A stretch of DNA of 64,000 nucleotides from Myxococcota bacterium (GTDB lineage: Bacteria > Myxococcota_A > UBA796 > UBA2385), in the NCBI GenBank assembly GCA_044344255.1, contig JBIJDH010000011.1, positions 179,491-243,490 on the forward strand, in the 5' to 3' direction. The translations under genes and the position numbers were made by a program. The notes beneath the pieces are model-generated. The model saw only the letters and a list, made by a program, of their open reading frames with translations, ran no database searches and was not told where the DNA came from. Shown piece by piece: positions 49,463 to 58,959 of this stretch (positions are counted from its first letter, which is position 1; each line of letters begins with the position of its first letter).

Positions 49463-51073
49463 TTGATCCCATCCCCCTTCGCGCGGACGATCGCGCTGTT
49501 TGTGGCCCTGCTGGCGCTCTTGGGTCAGCCTGCCCTCGCGCAGGACACCCTCGACTCGGCGAAGAAGGCCGGCCAGCTCATCTGGGGCGCCGACCAGGAG
49601 GGTGGAGCGCCCTTCATCTTCCCCTCCGAGCAGGACCAGGAGGTGCTCATCGGCTTCGAGGTCGAGATGGCCGAGAAGATGAGCGCCCTCATCGGCACGA
49701 AGATCACCTTCCAGCAGTCCCAGTGGGACGCCCTGCCGAGCATGCTGCAGGCCCGGAAGGTCGACTTCATCATGAACGGCTACGAGTGGATGCCGGACCG
49801 TGTCGCCGACATGGAGACCTCCATCCCTTACTACGTCTATGCGCTCCAGCTCGAGGTGCGCGACGAGGGGCCGATCACCACCTGGGAACAGCTCAAGGCG
49901 CTGAAGCCCGATGGCAGCAAGTGGAAGGCCGGCGTGCTCAGCGGCTCGGCGGCCGAGGAGTACCTGAAGGAGAAGGACTTCGCCGACACGGTGGAGCTCG
50001 CCTCCTACGACGGCGTCACCGACTCCATGCGCGAGGTCGAGACCGGCAAGATCGACCTCACGCTCCAAGACACGCCGATCGCCAACTACTACGCCAAGGA
50101 CTTCAAGCACCTCCGCTTCGTCGAGGCGCCGGTTGCGCCCGGCTACTACGTCATCTACGCCCGGAAGGGTGACAAGGCGCTGATCGAGGCGATTAATTCG
50201 GCGATCATCACGATGTACCGCAACCGTGACCTCGAGCGGATCTACTCGAAGTATGGGATGTGGGATGACAACCAGCGCGTGCTCGGTGACATCATCGACC
50301 ACGGCAAGTTCTTCGGCAACGCAGACTCCCTCGCCGCTCCCACCGCAGAGGAGGCCGCCGCCACCGCCGCGGAGGCCGGTCCGGAGGCGCCGCCCACCCC
50401 GGAGGCCGAGCTCGACTTCTGGGGCAAGTTCTTTGACTACGCGGGCCTGCTCGGCGCCTCGGCGGGGATGACGGTCGCGCTGTCCTTCCTGTCCTTCCCG
50501 CTGGCCGTGATGCTCGGCATGCTCATCGGCCTCGGGCGGCTCTACGGGCCCTCGTGGGTCCGCCTGCCGCTCACCGCCTATGTGGAGTTCCTCCGCGGCA
50601 CACCGCTGATGCTGCAGCTCTACTTCATCTTCTACTTCCTGCCGGAGCTCGGCGTCTCCATCCCGGCCTTTCCCACGGCCATCATCGGCCTCGCGGTGAA
50701 CTACTCGGCCTATGAGTCGGAGATCTACCGCGCCGGCCTCCAGGCCATCCCGCCGGGCCAGATGGAGGCGGCGATGTCCCTCGGCATGTCCAAGATGATG
50801 GCGCTCCGCCGCATCATCGTGCCGCAGGCCTTCCGCATCGTGATCCCGCCGGTGGTCAACGACTTCATCGCCATGTTCAAGGACACCTCCGTCTGTTCGG
50901 TGGTGACCATCGTGGAGCTCACCAAGCGCTTCAGCGTCCTCTCGCGAAACAACGTCTCTGATCTCGTGGTGCTCATGTTCCTCACCGGTCTCCTCTACCT
51001 GCTCATGAGCTACCCCATGAGCCTCCTGGCCCGGCGGATCGAGAAGCAGCTCGGCAATGAGGTGCGCGCATGA
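49463..51073 (+). CDS. polar amino acid ABC transporter, fused substrate-binding protein + permease
   Basis: GADQEGGAPF, GFEVE SBP motifs; RGTPLMLQL, AYESEIYRAG...GQMEAA..LG, PQAFR, KDTS. Confidence 0.92.
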   Translation: MIPSPFARTIALFVALLALLGQPALAQDTLDSAKKAGQLIWGADQEGGAPFIFPSEQDQEVLIGFEVEMAEKMSALIGTKITFQQSQWDALPSMLQARKVDFIMNGYEWMPDRVADMETSIPYYVYALQLEVRDEGPITTWEQLKALKPDGSKWKAGVLSGSAAEEYLKEKDFADTVELASYDGVTDSMREVETGKIDLTLQDTPIANYYAKDFKHLRFVEAPVAPGYYVIYARKGDKALIEAINSAIITMYRNRDLERIYSKYGMWDDNQRVLGDIIDHGKFFGNADSLAAPTAEEAAATAAEAGPEAPPTPEAELDFWGKFFDYAGLLGASAGMTVALSFLSFPLAVMLGMLIGLGRLYGPSWVRLPLTAYVEFLRGTPLMLQLYFIFYFLPELGVSIPAFPTAIIGLAVNYSAYESEIYRAGLQAIPPGQMEAAMSLGMSKMMALRRIIVPQAFRIVIPPVVNDFIAMFKDTSVCSVVTIVELTKRFSVLSRNNVSDLVVLMFLTGLLYLLMSYPMSLLARRIEKQLGNEVRA

Positions 51074-51816
51074 TCGTCGTGAAAGATCTCATCAAGCGGC
51101 ACGGCACCCTCGAGGTCATCAAGGGGATCTCGCTCACCGTCGAGAAGGGCGATGTGGCCGCGATCATCGGGCCCTCCGGCGGAGGCAAGAGCACCTTCCT
51201 CCGCTGCATCAACGGGCTCGAGCCCTTTCAGGGCGGCACCGTCGAGGTGGGCAAGCACACGCTCAGCCCCGCCACCCACCCCAGCCGGGACGCGCAGACC
51301 CTCCAGGAGGTGAGGAAGAAGGTGGGCTTCGTCTTCCAGCAGTTCAACCTCTTCCCCCACTTGAACGTGCTCGAGAACCTGATCGAGGCCCCCACGAACG
51401 TCAACGGGGAGCCGCGCGGTCAGGCCGAGGCGCGGGCGATGGTGCTGCTCCGCCGGGTGGGCCTCGACATGAAGGCCCGCTCCTACCCGCGGGACCTCTC
51501 GGGCGGGCAGCAGCAGCGGGTGGCGATCGCCCGCACGCTCTGTATGCAGCCGGAGTGCATCCTCTTCGACGAGCCGACGAGCGCCCTCGACCCTGTCATG
51601 GCCGGCGAGGTGCTCAAGGTGATCCAGGACCTCGCGGAGGCCCACCAGACCATGATCGTCGTCACGCACTCGATGAGCTTCGCGCGGAACGTCTGCGACC
51701 ACGTGCATGTCTTCGCGGGGGGCTACGACGTCGAGTTCGGGCCGCCGGCGAAGGTCTTCGGGGACCCGCAGCACGCCACCACGCGCTCCTTCTTGAAGGA
51801 CGCCGGGCGGGACTGA
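51070..51816 (+). CDS. polar amino acid ABC transporter ATP-binding protein (GlnQ-like)
   Basis: GPSGGGKST, FQQFNLFPH, LSGGQQQRVAIAR, FDEPTSALDP, VTH. Confidence 0.95.
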   Translation: MIVVKDLIKRHGTLEVIKGISLTVEKGDVAAIIGPSGGGKSTFLRCINGLEPFQGGTVEVGKHTLSPATHPSRDAQTLQEVRKKVGFVFQQFNLFPHLNVLENLIEAPTNVNGEPRGQAEARAMVLLRRVGLDMKARSYPRDLSGGQQQRVAIARTLCMQPECILFDEPTSALDPVMAGEVLKVIQDLAEAHQTMIVVTHSMSFARNVCDHVHVFAGGYDVEFGPPAKVFGDPQHATTRSFLKDAGRD

Positions 51817-51893
51817 GCGGGCGCGCGCGGGGCCCCACCGGGTGGGATAGAGGCGGGGTTCCCGGCGTTCAGCCGGCCGGGAGAGGAGCGAGG

Positions 51894-52619
51894 ATGGGCA
51901 AGGGAGGCCGCCGCGGCGGAGAGCCGCCCTGGGAGGGCGTGTTGGAAGAGGTGCGCCGCGCGCTGGTGGAGGCGAAGATCGAGGATGACGGAGTCCAGGA
52001 CGCGCTCATCGAGGGCCTCCGCCACGCGTTGGGCGAGCTGGACGAGCTGGACGAGCTGGGCGGAGGCGACGCGGATGACGACGGCGTCACCCGCCTCCCC
52101 GGTCGCCCGGACGTGACGGTGGTGGAGGGCGGGCGCGCCGAGGACGACGCGCCCCTGGCCCCCGGCCCGCGCCCGGACCTCCGGGTGGCGGCCCCGCTGG
52201 GGACGGTCGAGGGTCGATCGCGCAGAGACGAAGGGGACGACGAGGACCACGAAGACGACGACGACGGCCCCGAGGGAGGCTTCGACGGTCCGCGGGTGGT
52301 GGCGCATATCCGCGTGCTCCGCCGCGGCGCGGACCCGCTGGCCGACCTCGACGACCTCGACGCGGGCGCTCCCCGCTCGCTGGAGGGGCAGCTCCGGGTC
52401 GTCCCGGGCGAAGGGCAGTCGGTCTTCCGCGGGGCGAGCCCCCACTGTTACCGTATCCACTGCGATCTGGGTGCCATCGACGTCATCGCCGACGAGCTGT
52501 ACATCCAACGGGTCCGGGTGGGGCAGTCCATCGACGTGGAGGGGCGCGACGTCCGGGTGGAGGGGGCCGGCCCCGACGAGAGCGCGGGTCGTTACCATCG
52601 AATTGGAGAGTCGGGATGA
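51894..52619 (+). CDS. hypothetical acidic protein
   Basis: ATG 51894 after a GGAG RBS; ATGA overlap with xth. Confidence 0.6.
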   Translation: MGKGGRRGGEPPWEGVLEEVRRALVEAKIEDDGVQDALIEGLRHALGELDELDELGGGDADDDGVTRLPGRPDVTVVEGGRAEDDAPLAPGPRPDLRVAAPLGTVEGRSRRDEGDDEDHEDDDDGPEGGFDGPRVVAHIRVLRRGADPLADLDDLDAGAPRSLEGQLRVVPGEGQSVFRGASPHCYRIHCDLGAIDVIADELYIQRVRVGQSIDVEGRDVRVEGAGPDESAGRYHRIGESG

Positions 52620-53395
52620 GCTTCGTCCTCAGCACGGTCAACGTCAACGGCCTCCGGGCGGCGGTGCGGAAGGGCTTTCGGTCTTGGGTGGCGGAGCTTC
52701 AGCCCGACGTGCTGTGCTTGCAGGAGGTGCGCATGGAGGCCGCCCAGGCCACCGACGATCACCGCGCTCCCCAGGGCCACACGGGCTTCCAGGTGGACGC
52801 CGAGAAGAAGGGCTACTCCGGCGTCGCCGTGTGGACCCGCCTCCCCGTGCTGGGCAGCCGTGTGGGCCTCGGCCTCGAGGCCGCCGACCGGGAGGGCCGC
52901 GCGGTGCGGGTCGACACCCCGGAGGGCACCTTCGTGAGCCTGTACGTGCCGAGCGGCTCGTCGGGCGAGGCCCGTCAGGCGGCGAAGGACCAATTTATGA
53001 TCGACTTCCTCCCGATCGCGCAGGGCTGGCTCGACGAGGGCCGCCCCTTCGCGATCTGCGGCGACTGGAACGTCGCCCGGGAGGACATCGACATCCACAA
53101 CCCGAAGTCGAACGTGAAGTCCTCGGGCTTCCTCCCGCATGAGAAGGCCTGGATGACGGAGCTGCTCCGTCAGGGTTGGGTCGATCTCTTCCGGCACACG
53201 CACCCCGGTGAGAAGACCTGGACCTGGTGGTCGCAGCGGGGGCAGGCGCGGGCCCTCGATCGAGGGTGGCGCATCGACTACATCCTCTGCTCCCCCTCCC
53301 TCGCCGAGCGGGCGGAGGACTGCTGGATCACGGGGAGGGAGCCGGCGTTTTCAGACCACTGCGCCGTCAACGCCCGCTTCCGTAGCCTCGGCTGA
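52616..53395 (+). CDS. xth: exodeoxyribonuclease III
   Basis: NVNGLRA, CLQE, GYSGVA, YVPSG, CGDWNVA, WTWWS, GWRIDY, SDHC. Confidence 0.95.
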   Translation: MSFVLSTVNVNGLRAAVRKGFRSWVAELQPDVLCLQEVRMEAAQATDDHRAPQGHTGFQVDAEKKGYSGVAVWTRLPVLGSRVGLGLEAADREGRAVRVDTPEGTFVSLYVPSGSSGEARQAAKDQFMIDFLPIAQGWLDEGRPFAICGDWNVAREDIDIHNPKSNVKSSGFLPHEKAWMTELLRQGWVDLFRHTHPGEKTWTWWSQRGQARALDRGWRIDYILCSPSLAERAEDCWITGREPAFSDHCAVNARFRSLG

Positions 53396-53410
53396 CCTGC
53401 GCAGGGCGCA

Positions 53411-54184
53411 TCAGAGGCAGTCCCAGGGGCCCAGCGCGCGCTCGGCCCAGGCGGCCCGCTGCGCCTCGAAGCCGCGGTCGTCCGGGAAGGGGGCGGGGTG
53501 TGCCTGGATCCATGCGGCCCGCTCGGAGACCGTGTCGCCGTTGATCGACCAGCTCCGCGGCGCCGGCAACATCGAGGCGAGGCGGGCGGCTTGGTCGGGG
53601 CTGAGCGAGCGGGCGGGCTTGCGGAAGTAGCGCAGGGCGCCGGCCTCCATCCCGAAGGTCATCTTCCCGGTCTCGGCGATGTTGAGGTAGACCTCGAGGA
53701 TGCGGTCCTTCGGGAGCAGGAGCTCGAGCCAGACGGTGTACCAGGTCTCGAGCCCCTTTCGCAGCCAGCTCCGCTCCTGCCAGAGGAAGACGTTGCGGGC
53801 CACCTGCTGGGTGATGGTGCTGCCCCCGCGGATGCGGTGGCCGGCCTCGTTGTTGTCGAGGGCCTTGCAGACGCCCTCCCAGTCGAAGCCGGAGTGGAAG
53901 AAGAAGCGGGCGTCCTCGGAGGAGACGGCGGCGCGGGCCACGGCCTCGCCGAGCTCGTCGCGGTCGAGGCTCTCGTGGCGGGGCCAGCTCGGGCGGTTGG
54001 AGGCCCGGGTGGCCTCGACGGCGCGGTCGAGCATCGTGAGCGTGAGCGGGGGATCGACGAAGCGCAGCAGCAGGACCTGCGAGATCGAGCCCACGACCAA
54101 GGCCAGCAGCAGGGCGCCGAGGCCCCGCGTGACGCGGGACAGGGCGCCGGTTCGCCGCCCGCCGCGGCCCCCGGCCGGGCTCAC
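53411..54184 (-). CDS. mtgA: monofunctional biosynthetic peptidoglycan transglycosylase
   Basis: SEDARFFFHSGFD, RGGSTITQQVARN, RKGLE, KDRILEVYLN. Confidence 0.92.
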   Translation of the reverse strand: MSPAGGRGGRRTGALSRVTRGLGALLLALVVGSISQVLLLRFVDPPLTLTMLDRAVEATRASNRPSWPRHESLDRDELGEAVARAAVSSEDARFFFHSGFDWEGVCKALDNNEAGHRIRGGSTITQQVARNVFLWQERSWLRKGLETWYTVWLELLLPKDRILEVYLNIAETGKMTFGMEAGALRYFRKPARSLSPDQAARLASMLPAPRSWSINGDTVSERAAWIQAHPAPFPDDRGFEAQRAAWAERALGPWDCL

Positions 54185-54870
54185 ATCGCGACCAGTCGGC
54201 CGTTCGTTTCGCGGTGACCGCGGCGCTCGGGGGTGATGACCACCTCCATCGAGGTAGAGAGGCCGGCGCCGGAGACGGTGATCGTGGCGCGGCCGGTGCG
54301 CATCCCGACGAGCTGCCCGTCGCGCACCGCCGCGACCGCGGGGGCCGAGGAGGACCAGCGCAGGGGGACGCGGTCGACCGTGCGGCCGGCCTCGACCGCG
54401 AGCGCGGTGAGCAGCAGCGTCCGACCGACGGGCAGGGTCTGCGGGGACGCGGCGCCGACGAGCTCGATGCGGTCGGGCATCACGACGGAGAGGGCCGCTC
54501 GGTCGTGGAGGGAGCCGATGGAGGCGACGAGCTGCCCCTCTCCGCCTCGGAGGGGGACCAGCCGCCCGTGCCCGTCGAGGGCGGCGAGGTCAGCCGGCTC
54601 GACGGACCACCGCAGGGCGGCGGGCGTGGGCATGGGCTCCCCCGCCGCGTCGCGCACGGTGACGCTGGGGAGCGGCAGCGGCTCGACTCCGTAGGCGATG
54701 AGGGCGGGGCCCTCCACCGAGACCCGGGAGGGCGCTGCGCCGCCGCAGCCGCCAACGCCGAGGCCGACGCCGATACCCCCGGCCAGGGCCAGGGCCAGCC
54801 CCACGAGGCCCTTGCGGGCGGGGAGGGAGGCGCGCAGGGGCCGCGGGGAGCTGGTGCGACGAGCGCTCAT
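54181..54870 (-). CDS. lipoprotein with bacterial Ig-like (Big_2) domains
   Basis: Lipobox-like VGGC; WSSSAPAVAAVRDGQLVGMRTGRATITV. Confidence 0.7.
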   Translation of the reverse strand: MSARRTSSPRPLRASLPARKGLVGLALALAGGIGVGLGVGGCGGAAPSRVSVEGPALIAYGVEPLPLPSVTVRDAAGEPMPTPAALRWSVEPADLAALDGHGRLVPLRGGEGQLVASIGSLHDRAALSVVMPDRIELVGAASPQTLPVGRTLLLTALAVEAGRTVDRVPLRWSSSAPAVAAVRDGQLVGMRTGRATITVSGAGLSTSMEVVITPERRGHRETNGRLVAM

Positions 54871-54927
54871 GGGCAGATCTCTACGCGAAGACCCGCGCAT
54901 CGTCAAGAGCCGGCCTGACCCAACACT

Positions 54928-55923
54928 TCAGCTCCCTTGAGCGGCCCGCTTGATTCGGCGGAGCGCGGGCTCGGGGAAGGAGAGGTCGAGCACCAGCATG
55001 TTCTCGACGCTGCCGCGCACCTGGGCGGGCACGGCGAGGGCCGCGCCGTCGGGGAGGGTCATGCGCAGGGTGAGGGCGTAGCCCCCCGGCGGATGGGGGG
55101 CCGGCAGCGGGGCGACGAAGCGGCTCTGGGAGAGGGAGATCTCCCAGTCGAGGTGGAGGTCGGCCCAGGTGTTCCAGACGGCGTGCAGGGTCGCACCGTC
55201 ACGAGAGAGGGAGATCTCGGCCCGCGGCCGGAGCTCCTCCTCGGTGAGGGGCTCGATCTTCAGGTCATCATAGAGCAGCCCGTCGTCGAGCCCGATCAGC
55301 GCTGGCCCGGGGGCCGTCGGGTGAGGCGGCGCGACCCGGCTCGACCGCTCGAGGCGCTTGGCGAGGCCCTTTCGGAGCGCCTCGCGGATGGCGGTCCGAC
55401 CGCTCCGGCCCTCCGCGGGGAGGTTGGAGGCCTCACCGTCGGCCGAGCCCTGGGAGCCCTCGGTGGCACCGCCGGAGGAGTGGGACACCTCCGAGATCTG
55501 CGAGATCTGCGAGGCGGGTGAGGCGGACAAGGGGGTGCTGTGGTGGGCTTGATTCACCCGCACGCGCTCCTCCGCCCAGTGGAAGAGCTTGCGGCGCTCC
55601 ACCTCGGGGAGGAAGCAGAGCTCGGCCACGTAGATGGTGGGCCCGCCGCCGTCCCGCCGCGCCTCGACCACCACGACCTCGGCTGAGGCGCTGTCGTAGG
55701 CGTGGGTGAGCTCGAGGCGGAGCTCGAGCCGCTCGCCCACCAGGAGCTCGCCATAGGAGAAGAAGGCGATTCGCTCACCCTCGAGCCAGCTCGCCGTGCC
55801 AAAGACGCGGCGGTCCCGGTTGCGGAGGGCGACGGCGGAGTCAATGTCGACCCGGCCGAGGCGCTCGAAGTCGATCAAGCTGAGGTGCGGGAGGGTGGCG
55901 GCGTTGTCGAGGGGTTCTTGCAC
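54928..55923 (-). CDS. hypothetical protein with degenerate PilZ-like domains
   Basis: VGERLELRLEL...AEVV and LTLRMTLPDG...AQVR beta-barrel patterns; RxxxR and DxSxxG motifs not intact. Confidence 0.45.
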   Translation of the reverse strand: MQEPLDNAATLPHLSLIDFERLGRVDIDSAVALRNRDRRVFGTASWLEGERIAFFSYGELLVGERLELRLELTHAYDSASAEVVVVEARRDGGGPTIYVAELCFLPEVERRKLFHWAEERVRVNQAHHSTPLSASPASQISQISEVSHSSGGATEGSQGSADGEASNLPAEGRSGRTAIREALRKGLAKRLERSSRVAPPHPTAPGPALIGLDDGLLYDDLKIEPLTEEELRPRAEISLSRDGATLHAVWNTWADLHLDWEISLSQSRFVAPLPAPHPPGGYALTLRMTLPDGAALAVPAQVRGSVENMLVLDLSFPEPALRRIKRAAQGS

Positions 55924-56104
55924 GGTTGCACCGGTGGTGAGCGGCGTCCGCGTCGGGAGTGCCCGGGCGGAGAGAGCCGACCTGTCCTGTCTTCACAATC
56001 ACCGCGCGGCTGTGGAGCGTCGAGGGCGGCTCGGTGACAAGCGGGGAAACTGTCCGCGGCGGTGATCCCGGCGGGTGTCGCTTCACCGACCGGAGGTTGC
56101 CCGC

Positions 56105-56132
56105 TTGACATCGCCATCGCATCGACCATTGT
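56105..56132 (+). promoter_or_regulatory. possible sigma70-type promoter
   Basis: TTGACA-16 bp-CATTGT, about 30 bp upstream of ATG 56164. Confidence 0.35.
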
Positions 56133-56163
56133 GAAGGTCAGGTGTGAAGCGCGGGTGACCTCC

Positions 56164-58782
56164 ATGTCGATCGGATCCTCCTTCATCCCCCGCTTCGCCC
56201 TGGCCCTCTTGGCGCTCGCCGGGTGCGCGGGGAGTGACGGCGACGGGAAGGCCCCGGGCGCCGACGACGGCTCGGGCAGCGTCGTCATCGACCTCGACGG
56301 CGACGGTGTGGCCGAGGATGACGACTGCGACGACGGCGACGCCACCGTCTCCCCCGCGGCCGACGAACGTTGCGACGGCCGGGACAACGACTGCGACGGG
56401 CTCAAGGACGAGGAGGACGCCGTCGACACGTCCCCCTACTTCCGCGACGCGGACGGTGACGGGTACGGCGACACCGACCGGGTCACTCAGGCCTGCTCGG
56501 CGCCGGTCGGCAGCGTGCCGGTGAGCGGGGACTGTGATGACGCCAATGACGCCGTCTACCCCGACGCGCCCGAGCGCTGCGACGGCCTCGACCAGGACTG
56601 CGACGACCTCATCGACGAGGCGGTGACCGAGCTCTGGTTCGAAGACCAGGACGGTGACGGCTACGGCGACCCCACCACCGGCCTCTCCTCCTGCGACCCG
56701 GGGGAGGGCTATGTCGCCGACGGCTCCGACTGTGACGACGCCGAGCCCGCCGCCTTCCCCGGCAACCCCGAGCGCTGCGACGGCCTCGACAACGACTGCG
56801 ACGGGGCCCTCGATGAGGCCGGCGCGCTCGACGCCCCGGCCTGGTACACCGACGCCGACCTCGACGGCTACGGCGACCCTGCCACCGAGCGGCCGGCCTG
56901 CGCGGCCCCCGAGGGCGCCGTCGCGGCGGCGGGCGACTGTGACGACCTCGACCCCGACATCTCGCCCGCCGCCCTTGAGCGCTGTGACCTCGAGGACAAC
57001 GACTGTGACAGTGTCATCGACGAGGACGACGCCACCGACGCCCCCCTCTGGTACCTCGACCTCGACGGGGACCTGTATGGCGACCCCGCCACCGCGGCCC
57101 CCGCCTGCAGCCCGCCCTTGGGCGCGGTCGCCGATGACCAGGACTGTGACGACCTCGACCCCGACATCTCGCCCGCCGCCCTCGAGCGCTGTGACCTCGA
57201 GGACAACGACTGCGACGACACCATCGACGAGGCGGACGCGATCGACGCCGCAGACTTCTACCTCGACCTCGACCTCGACGGCTACGGCGGGAGCACGGTC
57301 ACCGTCGGCTGCTCCGCCCCCGAGGGCAGCGTCGCCGAGGGCGGCGACTGTGACGATTCGGACCCCACGGTCTCCCCGGGCCTCGTCGAGGTCTGCGACG
57401 ACGGCAAGGACAACACCTGTGACGGCACCGACGACGGCTGCCGCCTCGACGGCGCGCGGGCGGTGGCCTCCGCCGCCGCCACCCTCGAGGGTCAGGGCAG
57501 CTTCGACCGCCTCTCCTCGGCCCTCCTCCTCGCCGACCTCGACGGCGACGGGCAGGGGGACGCCGTGGCTGGCAGCCGCACCGATGACGACGGCGGGTCG
57601 GGCTCGGGGGCGGCCTTCTTCTTCGCCGGGCCGCTCTCGGGCAGCCGCCCGGCCACGGGCGCGGTGGCCTACGCCGGGGAGGCCGCCGGCGACGCGGCGG
57701 GCACGGCCCTCGGCGCGGGAGATGTAGACGGGGACGGCTTCCTCGACCTGCTCGTGGGCGCCCCCGACGCCGACACCGCCGGCTCCCAAGCGGGCGCCGC
57801 CTACCTCCTCTTCGGCCCGCTGTCGGCCGACCTGTCCCTCAGCCTCGCCGACAGCCGGCTCCGCGGAGAGGACGGCGGCGATCAGGCCGGCAGCGCCCTC
57901 GGCCTCGCCGGAGACCTCGACGGCGACGGCCTCTCCGAGCTCGTGATCGGCGCCCCCTTCGAGGAGGAGGCCGGGGCCAGCGGCGGCGCGGTCTACCTCT
58001 TCAGCGCCCCGGCCGCGGGGGAGCTCGGCCTGGCGGGGGCGGACAGCAAGCTCGTGGCCGAGAGCGCCGGGGACGAGGCCGGCGCCGCCCTCGACAGCCG
58101 CGGCGACCTCGACGGGGACGGGCTCCAAGACCTCGTGATCGGCGCCCCCTCCGAGGACTCCGCCGCCGCCAACGCGGGCGCGGTCTACCTCTTCTACCAG
58201 CCCGGCTCGGGCACGCTGAGCCTCTCGGTGGCCGACAGCAAGCTCCAGGGCACGGTGAAGGACGACACCTTCGGCGCGGCGGTGGCCACCGTCGGCGACG
58301 TGGACGGGGACGGCACCGACGACCTGCTCGTGGGCGCCCCCGGGGAGGACAGCGCCGGGAGCGCGGCCGGCGCGGCCTACCTCTTCACCGGGCCGCTGTC
58401 GGGCACCCTCTCGGTCGCCTCCGCCGAGGCCACCGTCCACGGCGGGGCGGCCGGCGACGAGGCCGGCGGCGCCGTCGCGGGGGCGGGAGACGTCGACGGG
58501 GACGGCGGGGTGGACCTCCTCCTCGGCGGCCCAGGCGCCTCGGGCGGGGCGGGGCGGGTCTGGCTCCTCTACGGCCCCGTGAGCGGGGTCCTCTCCCTGT
58601 CGCTCTCCCTCTCCGGCGTGGGGGCCACCGTCGAAGGGGAGGCGGGCAGCGAGCTCGGCGTCTCGCTCGCCCCCGGCGAGGACGCAGACGGAGACGGCTT
58701 CTCCGATCTGCTGCTCGGCGCAGAGTCCGCCTCCACCTTGAGCGGGCGGGCCTACCTCTTCGGGGGCTCCGGCGGCTGGTGA
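56164..58782 (+). CDS. surface lipoprotein with six DCDD...ERCDG.DNDC metal-binding motif repeats and an FG-GAP propeller
   Basis: Lipobox LAGC; six repeats; GD(V/L)DGDG..DL.(V/I)GAP repeats. Confidence 0.88.
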   Translation: MSIGSSFIPRFALALLALAGCAGSDGDGKAPGADDGSGSVVIDLDGDGVAEDDDCDDGDATVSPAADERCDGRDNDCDGLKDEEDAVDTSPYFRDADGDGYGDTDRVTQACSAPVGSVPVSGDCDDANDAVYPDAPERCDGLDQDCDDLIDEAVTELWFEDQDGDGYGDPTTGLSSCDPGEGYVADGSDCDDAEPAAFPGNPERCDGLDNDCDGALDEAGALDAPAWYTDADLDGYGDPATERPACAAPEGAVAAAGDCDDLDPDISPAALERCDLEDNDCDSVIDEDDATDAPLWYLDLDGDLYGDPATAAPACSPPLGAVADDQDCDDLDPDISPAALERCDLEDNDCDDTIDEADAIDAADFYLDLDLDGYGGSTVTVGCSAPEGSVAEGGDCDDSDPTVSPGLVEVCDDGKDNTCDGTDDGCRLDGARAVASAAATLEGQGSFDRLSSALLLADLDGDGQGDAVAGSRTDDDGGSGSGAAFFFAGPLSGSRPATGAVAYAGEAAGDAAGTALGAGDVDGDGFLDLLVGAPDADTAGSQAGAAYLLFGPLSADLSLSLADSRLRGEDGGDQAGSALGLAGDLDGDGLSELVIGAPFEEEAGASGGAVYLFSAPAAGELGLAGADSKLVAESAGDEAGAALDSRGDLDGDGLQDLVIGAPSEDSAAANAGAVYLFYQPGSGTLSLSVADSKLQGTVKDDTFGAAVATVGDVDGDGTDDLLVGAPGEDSAGSAAGAAYLFTGPLSGTLSVASAEATVHGGAAGDEAGGAVAGAGDVDGDGGVDLLLGGPGASGGAGRVWLLYGPVSGVLSLSLSLSGVGATVEGEAGSELGVSLAPGEDADGDGFSDLLLGAESASTLSGRAYLFGGSGGW

Positions 58783-58855
58783 GGTCGCGCGTCGGGCCCC
58801 GCAGGCGCGCCGACCGCCCTCGGCGCGTTCACGCCGAACGCATGAGCCGGCGCCC

Positions 58856-58945
58856 GTGCCCCTCCCGAAGGTCTTCGGCGACCGGTATCGCCTGACCGAG
58901 CGCCTTGGTTCGGGGGCCTTCGGAGAGGTCTACGCGGCCCCCGTC
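58856..58945 (+). pseudogene. N-terminal stub of a Hanks-type Ser/Thr protein kinase
   Basis: PKVFGDRYRLTERLGSGAFGEVYAA (subdomain I GxGxxGxV); homology ends at the convergent subtilase gene. Confidence 0.65.
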
Positions 58946-58959
58946 GGAGGGCCCGCCCT

